A DNA stretch of 64,000 nucleotides from an uncultured Oscillospiraceae bacterium (GCA_900540535.1 UQGM01000001.1:30148-94147); one strand, 5' to 3'; numbered from the stretch's first letter, positions 29,577 through 39,804 are shown. Translations and numbers: made by a program. The notes: generated by a model from the letters alone, not told the origin.

Positions 29577-32216
29577 ATGAAGAAAATCACAAAATCCATT
29601 GTGAGCCTTGTGCTGGTTCTTGCAGTTGTGCTTTCAATGCCCATAAGCATTTCGGCAGCAGAAAAGGTATCTCCAGAAAAGGAATATCTCAGTTATTCCC
29701 AGTTCAGAGGAGAAGCTCTTTCCCAGGGAATAGTTGACGGCAAAACTCCCGTAAGCAAAGAATCCACAGTGGAAAAATGGGGAATCAAATTCGGCACAGG
29801 CTGGAGCGATGTCCCCGGAACTCCCGTTATTGTGGGAGATTATCTTTACTGTCTTGTAGCCGGACAGAGCAAACTCTACCGTGTTGATGCAAATACGGGA
29901 GAAATTTTAAAATCTGTTCCATGCCCGGGAAAAAGTCAGTTCTTTTCAACAATCGCTTATTATGACGGAGTAATCTATGTGCCTCGTGCTGCTGCCGATA
30001 ATGCCGGAGCAGTTATAATAGCTTATGATGAAGAGACAATGGAGCAGCTTTGGATATCCGAACCCTTAGGAGGAGCAAACAACAGAATACAGCCTCTTTC
30101 AGCAGTTACCGGATATGACGGACATATATATGTAGGTGTTTCAGACGGCAGCGCAAGTGAAGGAGCATATGTATGCTTTGATACAGTGGATGAAAATCCT
30201 GAAAGAAGCGATGAGGTAAAAGCTCCTGTATGGACATATAAGCCAGAGAACATGAAGAGCGGATATTACTGGAGTGCCGGCGCAATTGTTGGAGATGCAA
30301 TTATCTTCGGCGGCGAGGCAACAGAGCTTGTTATCCACAGCCTTACTGAGGATAAGGTATATGATACACTTGTTTTAGAGCCCGGTGCAGCATCCGGAAT
30401 AAGAAGCAGCGTCCACTATGATGCAAAGACAAACAGAGTGTTTGTAGCTCTTAAAAGCGGAAATATATATTCCGTAAAGCTTTCAGGTGACAATACCTTT
30501 GATACTTCTTCTATGATCAAGATCAATATCGGTAATGATATTACATCAAGTCCTGTTGTATTCGGTGACAGACTGTACATCGGCGGCGGCGGAATTTCCT
30601 CCGGCAACGGATTCACAGTTATGAACAGCGAAACCCTTGAGATTATCTATCAGATAGATGAAGTAAAAACACAGGCATCACCCATAGTCACCACTGCCTA
30701 TGCCACAGAGGAAAACGGCTATGAAGTTAAGATGTATGTAACAGGCTTCGGCGGAATCGGTTCCGGCGGATATGATCCCACATCATCATGTGTTTACATG
30801 ATAACTGACCGTCAGGGTCAGACTGAGCCGGAATATGAGATAATTGCAACTCCTTCACAGCTTCAGTACTGTACCCAGAGTGCGGCAATCGGTGGTGATG
30901 GCTCAATTTACTTCTATAATGACAGCGGAACAATGTACTGCTTTAGCCATAAAGATGCCGCAGACGGTGAATACACTGCAAAAGATATGATAAACGCCAT
31001 ATCCCTGTTTGATTTCACAGGTGTAACTGAGCGTGACGAATACCGTCTTAACAGATTAAAGCTTCGCTATGATTTAATGAGTGACAGCGAAAAGGCAAAG
31101 GTTACAAACTACGAAAGCCTTGAAGAGATGCTCGAAAAAATAGAAAATCTCAAGAACGAGGAAAAGATTGTAGCCGAGCTTAATGAGTACATTAAAAATG
31201 TAAATCCCGACGAGCTTACACTTAAAGACAGCGATACAGTAAACAGCTGGTATGCAAAATACAATGCACTTTCCACTGAGAGCAAAGCTCTTGTAGAAAA
31301 TTCAGAGAAGTTTTTAAAATGCGTTGCGGTTATAGAAAATCTTAAAAATCAGGATGCGGCGGCAAATCTCAATAAGAAAATAGCCGAGCTTCCCGATGCT
31401 GATAAAGTCACACTTAAAGACAGAGATAAAATTTTAGAAGTTCTTGCTCTTTACGAAATGCAGAATGACGAAGTAAAGAAAATGTGTGACAGTGAAAAGC
31501 TCCTTGCAGCTGCTGACAGAGCAAATGAGCTTTTTACAAAGGTTCAGGCTATTGATGAAAGAATCTTTAATGAAATAGATCCCCTCAATATTACTTTGGA
31601 AACAGAAAAATGTGTTTCAGAGCTCGAAAAGGAATATTCACTTCTTTCAGAAACCGACAGAGAATATGTAACACGTTATGATGACGTACTTTTTGCAAGA
31701 AAAGTTATAGACTCACTTAAAAAGGGAGTTATCATTTCAGAAATGCTCATGAACCTTGCAGGTTCTCCCGATGCATATACAGCAGAGTATGAAAATGCAG
31801 TATTTTCATTTAAGGGCACTGATATTACAGACCCCACAAAGGACTTTAATATTTCAGTAACCTTCGGTGGAGATTCCGAAAGCGATATCAAGGCTCTTTA
31901 TGCCGATGCATTTGTATTTACTCTTAACCATGAGGGCGCTCTTCCTGCAAAAACTCAGATAACCCTCAAAACTTCTCTTAAAGACGGCGAGTATAAGATT
32001 TACCGCTTTGAAAACGGCGAAGCTGTATCAGTAGGTGACGGAGTTTGTGAAAACGGCTCACTTAAATTTACAGCTCAGGACGGCGGAATTTATTTTGCTG
32101 TTCCCGTAAGCACATCAAATCCCGGAAATCTCGGTGACAATATAATTTCACTGGGAGCTATGGGCGGCGCATCACTTCTTGCAGTGCTGCTGTTAGGAAA
32201 AAGAAAAAAGCGCTGA
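29577..32216 (+). CDS. Large cell-surface protein: signal peptide, PQQ-like beta-propeller, helical repeat region, C-terminal hydrophobic anchor plus KRKKR tail
   Basis: Signal peptide MKKITKSIVSLVLVLAVVLSMPISISAAE. Repeated GD-LY-(V/G) beta-propeller blades. About 45-aa internal repeats (LKDSD/LKDRD...). C-terminal GAMGGASLLAVLLLGKRKKR. ORF-track 5' 56 codons overlap the riboswitch and are spurious. Confidence 0.7.
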   Translation: MKKITKSIVSLVLVLAVVLSMPISISAAEKVSPEKEYLSYSQFRGEALSQGIVDGKTPVSKESTVEKWGIKFGTGWSDVPGTPVIVGDYLYCLVAGQSKLYRVDANTGEILKSVPCPGKSQFFSTIAYYDGVIYVPRAAADNAGAVIIAYDEETMEQLWISEPLGGANNRIQPLSAVTGYDGHIYVGVSDGSASEGAYVCFDTVDENPERSDEVKAPVWTYKPENMKSGYYWSAGAIVGDAIIFGGEATELVIHSLTEDKVYDTLVLEPGAASGIRSSVHYDAKTNRVFVALKSGNIYSVKLSGDNTFDTSSMIKINIGNDITSSPVVFGDRLYIGGGGISSGNGFTVMNSETLEIIYQIDEVKTQASPIVTTAYATEENGYEVKMYVTGFGGIGSGGYDPTSSCVYMITDRQGQTEPEYEIIATPSQLQYCTQSAAIGGDGSIYFYNDSGTMYCFSHKDAADGEYTAKDMINAISLFDFTGVTERDEYRLNRLKLRYDLMSDSEKAKVTNYESLEEMLEKIENLKNEEKIVAELNEYIKNVNPDELTLKDSDTVNSWYAKYNALSTESKALVENSEKFLKCVAVIENLKNQDAAANLNKKIAELPDADKVTLKDRDKILEVLALYEMQNDEVKKMCDSEKLLAAADRANELFTKVQAIDERIFNEIDPLNITLETEKCVSELEKEYSLLSETDREYVTRYDDVLFARKVIDSLKKGVIISEMLMNLAGSPDAYTAEYENAVFSFKGTDITDPTKDFNISVTFGGDSESDIKALYADAFVFTLNHEGALPAKTQITLKTSLKDGEYKIYRFENGEAVSVGDGVCENGSLKFTAQDGGIYFAVPVSTSNPGNLGDNIISLGAMGGASLLAVLLLGKRKKR

Positions 32217-32284
32217 TTTAACAAGGAAAAAATTAAAAAATAGAAGTTCTTATCAAATCTTGTACTAATTAAAGTTTTTAATAT

Positions 32285-33175
32285 TATGTACTTTTGTCCA
32301 TAGCGACAAAAGTACCAAAAACGCATTTAATAAGCCTTGACGGTTTTCGCTCTGAGTTTATCTGCCTTTAGAAGGTGTCTCGGTAAATCGCCGGCAGGCA
32401 GAGCCTGCACCCAAGTCGCACACTAAATGACAGTGAAAAACAACTAAATATTCCTGCGTTTAAAATAAAAGCTAATCGCAGGCGCACATATATTTTTCAT
32501 TGCTCTCTTTTGGTGTGCGAAATAAAGGCGGATATGTCCGCCTCGCTCTCCGAACAGCTTACAGCAATACGAAAAGCCGCAAGGCTATCGCACTGCTTAC
32601 TCTCATTTCTGCCGGGTGAGCGTGGCAGCGTGACGCTGCACCCAAGTCGCACACCAATTGACTGCTAAAAATAAATATCGTTGCCTGCGATGAAATTATA
32701 TGTAAACTAAAAAAGCAAAGAGCAGAAACCAAAGAACCACATAAAACCAACTCTCCGACATTCGCACACGTCGGCAAGGAAATAGATATGGACAGCAGAA
32801 CAGCGTTTACGCTTTGCTGGTGATAGCTTAAGCTCTCCAAACTGCCGACGTGAATTGGTGAACGCTTGCTGAGCCTAACCGACGGCAAAGGAAAGAATAT
32901 GGCAAACAGTAAAACGTTTACTGTTTGAGGGTAATAAAAAATAATCCTCCAAACTGCCGTCGGTGGGCGTGTGGGAGAAAACTTACTTTGCGCTGATTAG
33001 GGATTACTGTTTTGGCAAATAAAATGCGTTTTTGCCTACTTTTGTCGCTACGGACAAAAGTAGGTGCACCGCCGCAGCATGAGCGGCAAAACTTATTCGT
33101 TTATCAAAGTGCGGGTAAGAAGCAGCAAGTTAATCCCGCCAGGCTCAGCCTGCAATTAAAAAGAAAGGATGGGGC
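32285..33175 (+). repeat. Copy R3 of the modular repeat family (full length; mosaic with inverted fragments at the 5' end)
   Basis: GCAGCGTGACGCTGCACCCAAGTCGCACACC. Two 85-87 nt stem-loops (CACGTCGGCA...TGCCGACGTG and CCGACGGCAA...TGCCGTCGG). End TTATCAAAGTGCGGGTAAGAAGCAGCAAGTTAAT. Confidence 0.85.
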
Positions 33176-33194
33176 GTTGTCCCTGAAAAAGAAA

Positions 33195-33917
33195 ATGAAA
33201 AAGACTGCCTCACTTACTTTATCTCTTCTTATTTTAATAACAGTAATTTTCTCAGGATGTAAAATTGAATTTCCTGAAGATATTCCCACCGATAACATCG
33301 GTGTATCTGACAGCGAAACCGAAAACTATATAAATGACAGTTCCGAGAGGGAAGAAAAAGACACATCAGCTTCCGAAAACAAGGAAGAGGATAAAAATAC
33401 CTCCTCTTCACAAGAGACTGACACTGAGAAAGAGACTCAGTCTCAGCAGGAAAGACCTGCTCCCGTTGACGACAATAAGCCGGCAGATAAAACAAAGGTC
33501 AACTACTGCACACTTTCCGTTGACTGCCTTACCATTCTCGACAATATGGATAAATTTAATAAGGATAAACTTTCCGTACTTCCAAAGGACGGAATTATAT
33601 ATAAAGAGCGAAAAGTAATTTTTTATGAAGGCGAAACGGTTTTTGACGTACTTAACCGTGAAATGAAGAAAAACAGAATACATATGGAGTTTGAAAATAC
33701 TCCCATGTATAACAGCAATTACATTGAGGGAATCGGAAATCTTTATGAGTTCGACTGCGGAGATCTCTCAGGCTGGACTTACAGCGTAAACGGTTGGTAT
33801 CCCAATTACGGATGCAGCGGATATAAGCTTAAAGACGGCGATGTAATAAAATGGCGCTATACCTGTGACCTTGGCCGTGATGTAGGCGATCAGTGGTTTG
33901 AGGAAAATAACCGATGA
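33195..33917 (+). CDS. DUF4430-domain lipoprotein (transcobalamin/intrinsic-factor-like domain), acidic linker
   Basis: Lipobox VIFSGC. S/E/D-rich linker. C-terminal GETVFDVL...TYSVNGWYPNYGCSGYKLKDGDVIKWRY typical of DUF4430. True start MKKTASL at 33195. Confidence 0.7.
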   Translation: MKKTASLTLSLLILITVIFSGCKIEFPEDIPTDNIGVSDSETENYINDSSEREEKDTSASENKEEDKNTSSSQETDTEKETQSQQERPAPVDDNKPADKTKVNYCTLSVDCLTILDNMDKFNKDKLSVLPKDGIIYKERKVIFYEGETVFDVLNREMKKNRIHMEFENTPMYNSNYIEGIGNLYEFDCGDLSGWTYSVNGWYPNYGCSGYKLKDGDVIKWRYTCDLGRDVGDQWFEENNR

Positions 33918-34798
33918 ATACACCATTTGCCTCACTTCATCCCATTGTGCTGTTTCTGTTTTTCATTTTCGCCGCCGGATTTTCAATGTTCTTAATGCAT
34001 CCGGTTTTTCTTGTGATTTCTTTTATCTGTGCTTTCAGCTACTGCGTTTATCTTAAAGGTAAAAAAGGCATTAAATCCTTAGGGTTGTTTTTACCTGTTG
34101 TGATTTTTGCCGCCATAATCAATGCCGCATTTAACCATGAGGGAATTACAATTCTTGTTTATGTAAACGATAATCCCATTACTTTGGAATCACTTATCTA
34201 TTCCCTTGCCGCTGCCCTTATGCTTTTAGGGGTGCTTTTGTGGTTTTCATGTCTTAACGAGGTAATGACCTCCGATAAGCTCATGTGTATATTCGGAAAA
34301 ATTTCTCCGTCCATTGCCATTTTGTTTTCAATGACTTTAAGATTTGTGCCGAGATTTTCCGCACAGCTTAAAAAGATAAACTATGCGCAGAAATGCATAG
34401 GCAGAAGCTATGATACAGGCGGATTTTTCACAAAATTAAGAAATGGTGTGAAAATCCTCTCAATACTTATTACCTGGGCTTTGGAAAACGCAGTGGAAAC
34501 TGCCGATTCCATGAAGAGCAGAGGCTGGGGACTTAAAGGACGCACTTCCTTTTCCGGCTTCCGCTTTGATAAACGTGATGCTCTGTCCCTTACCGCCATA
34601 CTTATTTTAGTTTCTGTTATATTTGCAGGACTTTTAATGGGAGAGGGCAGGATAAACTATTATCCTGCAATTGTACTTTCCGATTTTTCATTTTTCGGTT
34701 TGGTCGTCTATATTTCATATTTTCTCTTAATGGCCTTTCCGCTTATATTCAGTCTTACGGAGGACTTTAAATGGTATCGTTTGAAATCAAAAATCTGA
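33914..34798 (+). CDS. ECF transporter transmembrane (T) component, EcfT/CbiQ family
   Basis: Multi-TM protein with a conserved arginine-containing coupling-helix region (RFVP...AQ..G..SR). Overlaps neighbouring genes. Confidence 0.7.
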   Translation: MNTPFASLHPIVLFLFFIFAAGFSMFLMHPVFLVISFICAFSYCVYLKGKKGIKSLGLFLPVVIFAAIINAAFNHEGITILVYVNDNPITLESLIYSLAAALMLLGVLLWFSCLNEVMTSDKLMCIFGKISPSIAILFSMTLRFVPRFSAQLKKINYAQKCIGRSYDTGGFFTKLRNGVKILSILITWALENAVETADSMKSRGWGLKGRTSFSGFRFDKRDALSLTAILILVSVIFAGLLMGEGRINYYPAIVLSDFSFFGLVVYISYFLLMAFPLIFSLTEDFKWYRLKSKI

Positions 34799-36438
34799 GT
34801 TTTTCCTATCCATTGGGAGAGGGAAAAGCTCTTGATAATATAAATTTAAAAATTGAAAAAGGTGAGTTCGCCGTTATATGCGGAAAATCAGGCTGCGGCA
34901 AAACCACATTGCTCCGTCATTTAAAGCCTGCAATCACTCCACACGGAAAACGTGAGGGTGAAATATTTTTTGAGGGCAGGGAGATAAACTCTTTGTCACA
35001 GAGAGAAGCTGTATCTAAAATAGGATACGTCATGCAGAGCCCTGAAAATCAGATAGTAACCGATAAAGTATGGCATGAGCTTTCCTTTGGCCTGGAATCC
35101 CTTGGGGAAGAGCCTCGCCGCATAAGGCTTAAAGTTGCGGAGATGGCAAGCTTTTTCGGCATACAGCAGTGGTTCAATAAGGGAGTGGAGGAGCTTTCCG
35201 GCGGACAAAAGCAGCTTTTGAATCTCGCCTCCATAATGGCAATGCAGCCTCAGGTGATTATTCTCGACGAGCCCACCTCCCAGCTTGACCCAATAGCTGC
35301 CGCCGATTTTTTGGCAGCTGTTAAAAAAATAAACTCCGCTTTGGGAGTTACGGTTATAATTTCGGAGCACCGTCTCGAAGAGGTAATTCCCCTTGCAGAT
35401 AAAGTTATTGTAATGGATGAGGGCAGAATCTTTTCATGTTCTCCCTGTGAAGCCTATTCGGTTTTAAAGAAAATGGGCAATCCCATGGCAGAAGCCATGC
35501 CGGCGCCTGTTCAGATAGCGGCTGGGATTTCAGAACACGGTAAAATTGAGGGATACGAGGATAAACTTCCCCTTACTGTACGTGACGGCAGGATTTTCCT
35601 TTCGGAGTACATGAAAGATAAAATCCCGGCGGAAAAAGAGACAGAGGAAAAAATTTCTCCGAAAAATCTTCCCGATGCAATAAAAGTACATGATCTGTGG
35701 TTCAGATATGAGAAAAAAGGCGCTGACATAATAAAAGATCTCAATTTCTCAGTTAAAAAGGGAACTTTCCACGCTGTTTTGGGCGGAAACGGAGCGGGTA
35801 AAACCACTCTTCTTTCCCTTATTTCAGGTAATTTAAAAGCATACAGAGGAAAAATTACCCTTGGAGAAAAGGGGGATAAACTAAAAATAGCACTTCTTCC
35901 CCAGAATCCCCAGACGCTTTTTGTAAAGAAAACTCTTCTTGAGGATATAGAAGAGGGTATAGATGTAAAAATGAGCCGTGAAGAAAAGGAACAAACGGCA
36001 CGTGAGGCAGCTCAAAGAGTTCATCTCCAGAATCTTCTTTCACGTCATCCCTATGATCTGAGCGGAGGCGAACAGCAGAGAGCCGCCCTTGCAAAGGTGC
36101 TCCTTACAAAACCGGATATCCTTTTACTGGACGAGCCTACAAAGGGTCTTGACTGCTGCTTTAAAAAGGAGCTCGCTGAGATTATAAAGGAGCTTAACTC
36201 TCAGGGAGTTACAGTAATCGCCGTATCCCATGATATAGAGTTCTGCGCCGAGTATGCGGATTTTTGCACTTTGCTTTTCTGCGGCGAAGCGGTTTCAACG
36301 GCAGTGGCAAGGGAGTTTTTCACAGGAAACAGCTTCTATACTACCGCTGCAAACAGAATGAGCCGTTTTGTCTTTCCATATGCCGTTACAAATGAGGAGG
36401 TTATCAGAGCGTGTCTTGCCTCAAAGGAGAAAATTTAA
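34771..36438 (+). CDS. Fused tandem ECF ATPase (EcfA-EcfA', CbiO-like)
   Basis: Two ABC cassettes. Walker A GKSGCGKTT and GGNGAGKTT. Signatures LSGGQKQ and LSGGEQQ. Walker B ILDEPT and LLDEPT. Confidence 0.9.
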   Translation: MVSFEIKNLSFSYPLGEGKALDNINLKIEKGEFAVICGKSGCGKTTLLRHLKPAITPHGKREGEIFFEGREINSLSQREAVSKIGYVMQSPENQIVTDKVWHELSFGLESLGEEPRRIRLKVAEMASFFGIQQWFNKGVEELSGGQKQLLNLASIMAMQPQVIILDEPTSQLDPIAAADFLAAVKKINSALGVTVIISEHRLEEVIPLADKVIVMDEGRIFSCSPCEAYSVLKKMGNPMAEAMPAPVQIAAGISEHGKIEGYEDKLPLTVRDGRIFLSEYMKDKIPAEKETEEKISPKNLPDAIKVHDLWFRYEKKGADIIKDLNFSVKKGTFHAVLGGNGAGKTTLLSLISGNLKAYRGKITLGEKGDKLKIALLPQNPQTLFVKKTLLEDIEEGIDVKMSREEKEQTAREAAQRVHLQNLLSRHPYDLSGGEQQRAALAKVLLTKPDILLLDEPTKGLDCCFKKELAEIIKELNSQGVTVIAVSHDIEFCAEYADFCTLLFCGEAVSTAVAREFFTGNSFYTTAANRMSRFVFPYAVTNEEVIRACLASKEKI

Positions 36439-37154
36439 AAAGACGAAATAACAGACATATTTTACTTTCATGTCTTATAATACTTATAGTTATCCCTGCT
36501 GTAATAGCTTTCGGAATTATATTTTTAGGTGACAGAAAATATTATCTTATAAGCCTTGCAATAATTCTTCTTACAATGCTGCCCTTTTTCATGTCCTTTG
36601 AAAACCGCAAACCGTCGGCAAGGGAAATTGCAGTAATTGCCGCAATGTGCGCCATCGGAGTTGCGGGCAGGGGAGCTTTCTTTATGCTGCCCCAGTTTAA
36701 GCCCATGGTTTCCATTGTGATTATAACGGGAATATGTTTCGGAGCCGAAAGCGGATTTCTCACCGGAGCTATGACGGCTTTTGTATCCAATTTCTTTTTC
36801 GGACAGGGCCCCTGGACTCCATGGCAGATGTTCTGCTGCGGAGTAATAGGTTTTCTTGCGGGACTTATTTTCGGCAGAAAACCCATAACAAAGAAAGATT
36901 ATCCCTTTGTTGTAATTTTCGGCGGACTTTCTACGGTTATAATCTACGGCGGACTTATGAACCTTTCCACACTTTTTTCTTCAGTGGTGGCTATAAACTG
37001 GCAGACGGTGCTTTCAATTTACGCTTCCGGGCTGCCTTTCGACCTTGTTCATGCCGCTGCGACAGTTTTTTTTCTTATTATTGCCCTTAAGCCCTTGACG
37101 GAAAAGCTGTATAGAATTAAAATAAAGTATGGGTTAATGTCTATAGAAGAATAA
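36411..37154 (+). CDS. Putative ECF-type substrate-specific (S) component (cobalamin-specific by context)
   Basis: 247 aa, about 6 TM, small integral membrane protein following the T-AA' module. Start codon uncertain. Confidence 0.5.
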   Translation: MSCLKGENLKRRNNRHILLSCLIILIVIPAVIAFGIIFLGDRKYYLISLAIILLTMLPFFMSFENRKPSAREIAVIAAMCAIGVAGRGAFFMLPQFKPMVSIVIITGICFGAESGFLTGAMTAFVSNFFFGQGPWTPWQMFCCGVIGFLAGLIFGRKPITKKDYPFVVIFGGLSTVIIYGGLMNLSTLFSSVVAINWQTVLSIYASGLPFDLVHAAATVFFLIIALKPLTEKLYRIKIKYGLMSIEE

Positions 37155-37213
37155 ACCCAATGAGGATAAGTGAGAGTAAAAACAGGGGTTGTATTTTTTT
37201 CAACGCCTTTCCC

Positions 37214-37255
37214 GAACAGCACTGCTCCCTCCTTTGCAGTGCTGTTTTTTGTTTT
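37214..37255 (+). terminator. Rho-independent terminator ending the ECF operon
   Basis: AACAGCACTGC-TCCCTCCTT-TGCAGTGCTGTT followed by TTTTTGTTTTT. Confidence 0.7.
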
Positions 37256-37324
37256 TACTACATATAGATACCCGTGAAAATGTTTTATCATTTTCACGGG
37301 TATTTTGTGTTTTATATTGACTTT

Positions 37325-38746
37325 TTACTTTCCGGTTGCTTCAATTACCTCTTCCACTGCACGGTGCAGACAATACTGCTCAGTATAATCAGAGTCGCAG
37401 CCCTCACGGAATATCATAATTCCGCCTATGCCGCTGCTTATTGCAAGGGCTGTTTTATCCCTTATCTGTCCGTAGCTGTTAACGTAGGCATCACATGTCT
37501 TTTTCTCTCCGTCAGCTGTTGTATAAGGATAATCCTTTATGAGATTTCCCCATTTGCCTAAATCATAATCCTTGTAGCTGGGCCATGCATCAGCGGATTT
37601 ATCGGTGGTTCTGCCGTAGGTGGGAACACCTAAAAGAATCTTTTCAGCAGGAATTCCGCTCTTCATAACTTTTCTTATGGCGTCCCAGCCTGCAACAAAG
37701 CTGTTTGCATGGTCGCCTCTATCATCAAACAGGTCATATGCCATAACATTTACATGCTCAAGGACTTCTATGGCTTCATCACTGAGCTTTATTCCCCAGG
37801 GAGGAAGTGCGATTGATACCTTTGTGACTTTAGCTGTCTCAGTTATAATTTTACTGTAAGATTTCCATTGAGATGATTTTTCAGGGTACTCCCAGTCATA
37901 GTCCACACCGTAAAGTCCGTATTTCTCGGTAAATGCCTTTATGTTGGCAGTTATTGCATCAATGTTTTCATTTACAAATTTTGCAGTGGCATCATGATCT
38001 CTGTTTCCCTCAGCGTCTTTCATATCAAAGCCTACTGTTACCCATATTCTTGTATCATTTTCACCTATGGCTTTACGGAAAGCTTCCATGCGCTGAGCAA
38101 ATTTTTCCTCGCCGTCTGCTATCACTACATTTCCCTGTTTATCCAAAGAAATCGTGCCTATGATAATGGCATCGGTTACTACATTATAATATCCGCTGAA
38201 GCTGTTATCGGTTCTCGCTGCCATTTCATCAAAGTGACCGTCAAAGCAGATGTACTGGCTGACCTTTACTTCTCTGTCCTCAGCTTTGCTCATGCGTACC
38301 TCAACTTCACTTAAGTTTACAGGTTCTATACAGTCTTCTACTGTAATTCTTACTTTATCGGCAGTTACTTCTCCGATATAGCAAAGGCGGTATTCTAAAA
38401 TTCTATTGCCTTCATATACTTTTTCCCAGTTACCGCCTTTTTGCACTGAAATTGAAAATTTATTGAGATTATCGCCTTTCTCTCTCAAAACGATCTGGTC
38501 AAAGGTCTTTTCTCCGCCTAAATCGAGCTCCACACTTTTTCCGTTTGAAAGAGTTTCATATGTAGAAAGCTTTTCGTCAGTGAGCTTTTTCAGCTGTTTT
38601 TCATTTTCTGCCGAAAATGTAATTTCCTGTGAACTTAATGCAGGGGTATCATATTTTCCAGCTGCGCATCCGGAAAAACTTGCAGTGAGCAATCCGACGG
38701 CACACAGTGCAGCTAAAACTTTTTTACCGGTTTTCATAAAAAACAT
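37325..38746 (-). CDS. GH18-family glycosyl hydrolase lipoprotein with an N-terminal carbohydrate-binding-like domain
   Basis: Lipobox LTASFSGC. GH18 catalytic motif YGVDYDWEYP (DxxDxDxE). Confidence 0.65.
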   Translation of the reverse strand: MFFMKTGKKVLAALCAVGLLTASFSGCAAGKYDTPALSSQEITFSAENEKQLKKLTDEKLSTYETLSNGKSVELDLGGEKTFDQIVLREKGDNLNKFSISVQKGGNWEKVYEGNRILEYRLCYIGEVTADKVRITVEDCIEPVNLSEVEVRMSKAEDREVKVSQYICFDGHFDEMAARTDNSFSGYYNVVTDAIIIGTISLDKQGNVVIADGEEKFAQRMEAFRKAIGENDTRIWVTVGFDMKDAEGNRDHDATAKFVNENIDAITANIKAFTEKYGLYGVDYDWEYPEKSSQWKSYSKIITETAKVTKVSIALPPWGIKLSDEAIEVLEHVNVMAYDLFDDRGDHANSFVAGWDAIRKVMKSGIPAEKILLGVPTYGRTTDKSADAWPSYKDYDLGKWGNLIKDYPYTTADGEKKTCDAYVNSYGQIRDKTALAISSGIGGIMIFREGCDSDYTEQYCLHRAVEEVIEATGK

Positions 38747-38952
38747 ACTCCTTTGTTAAAATATATAATTATATCGGGAGTGTATCACATTAACAAACAA
38801 AATACAATATCAAAAAAGGACTATTTTATAAAATACGCACAAACTTTTATGTAATAAGCTTTAATATGCCATCCTTAATTAATAGATATTGTACAGGTAT
38901 AATTCATGTGGTAAAATTAGACGAAAAGATAATCAGGAAAGGATAATATAAA

Positions 38953-39342
38953 ATGACTTTTGAAGTTGGAACAAAATGTTTTTCAGAAACAGTTGTAACT
39001 GATGAAAATACCGCCATAGCAGCAGGCAGCGGTTCTCTGCCTGTTTTTGCAACTCCCTTTATGCTTGCACTTATGGAAAACGCCGCTGCAAAGTGCGCCG
39101 ATAAATTTCTCGAAGAGGGAAGCACAACAGTTGGCACACTTTTAAATGTGAGCCATAATGCCGCAACTCCCGTAGGTATGAAAGTAACTGCCTGTGCGGA
39201 GCTTATAGGAGTGGAGGGAAGAAAGCTGATTTTTAAAGTAACCGCATCCGATGAAAAGGGAGAGATCGGAGAGGGAGTTCACGAAAGATTTGTGGTTTAT
39301 AAGGAGAAATTCCTTCAAAAAGCTCAGGAGAGAAAAAACTGA
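38953..39342 (+). CDS. Hotdog-fold thioesterase family protein
   Basis: 129 aa. Pattern typical of 4HBT/FlK-like thioesterases. Confidence 0.5.
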   Translation: MTFEVGTKCFSETVVTDENTAIAAGSGSLPVFATPFMLALMENAAAKCADKFLEEGSTTVGTLLNVSHNAATPVGMKVTACAELIGVEGRKLIFKVTASDEKGEIGEGVHERFVVYKEKFLQKAQERKN

Positions 39343-39511
39343 ATATAAAAAAGAAATATACCTGTGTCTGCTGACATAGGTATATTTTTTAAATCCAGAT
39401 GTATATTAGGTTACAGAAACATCAGTGGTTGCAAATTTTTATAATGTGTTTTAAAATGCTGTAAATGATTTTTCATGACATTTATGTTATTACATCTAAA
39501 GAGGAAAAAGT

Positions 39512-39799
39512 ATGGAAAAGAAAGTTTATAAATTTGAAGCGGTAATTGAGCCTGTTCCCGATAAAGGCGGAGCTTTTGTGAGGGTTCCCTTTGATATAAG
39601 AGAGGAGTTCGGCAAAGGAAGAGTTAAGGTTTTGGCAGAATTTGACGGTGTGCCGTATAAGGGGGGCATTGTAAATATGGGCGTAAAAAATGATGACGGA
39701 AGCATTTGTTATATTATCGGTGTGCGAAAGGATATACAAAAACAAATGGGCAAGTATCCCGGAGATACCATTTCCGTTACTGTTACAGAAGATTTGTAA
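39512..39799 (+). CDS. DUF1905-domain protein
   Basis: 95 aa. Sequence FEAVIEPVPDKGGAFVRVPFDIREEFGKGRVKV. Confidence 0.5.
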   Translation: MEKKVYKFEAVIEPVPDKGGAFVRVPFDIREEFGKGRVKVLAEFDGVPYKGGIVNMGVKNDDGSICYIIGVRKDIQKQMGKYPGDTISVTVTEDL

Positions 39800-39804
39800 A
39801 AAGA

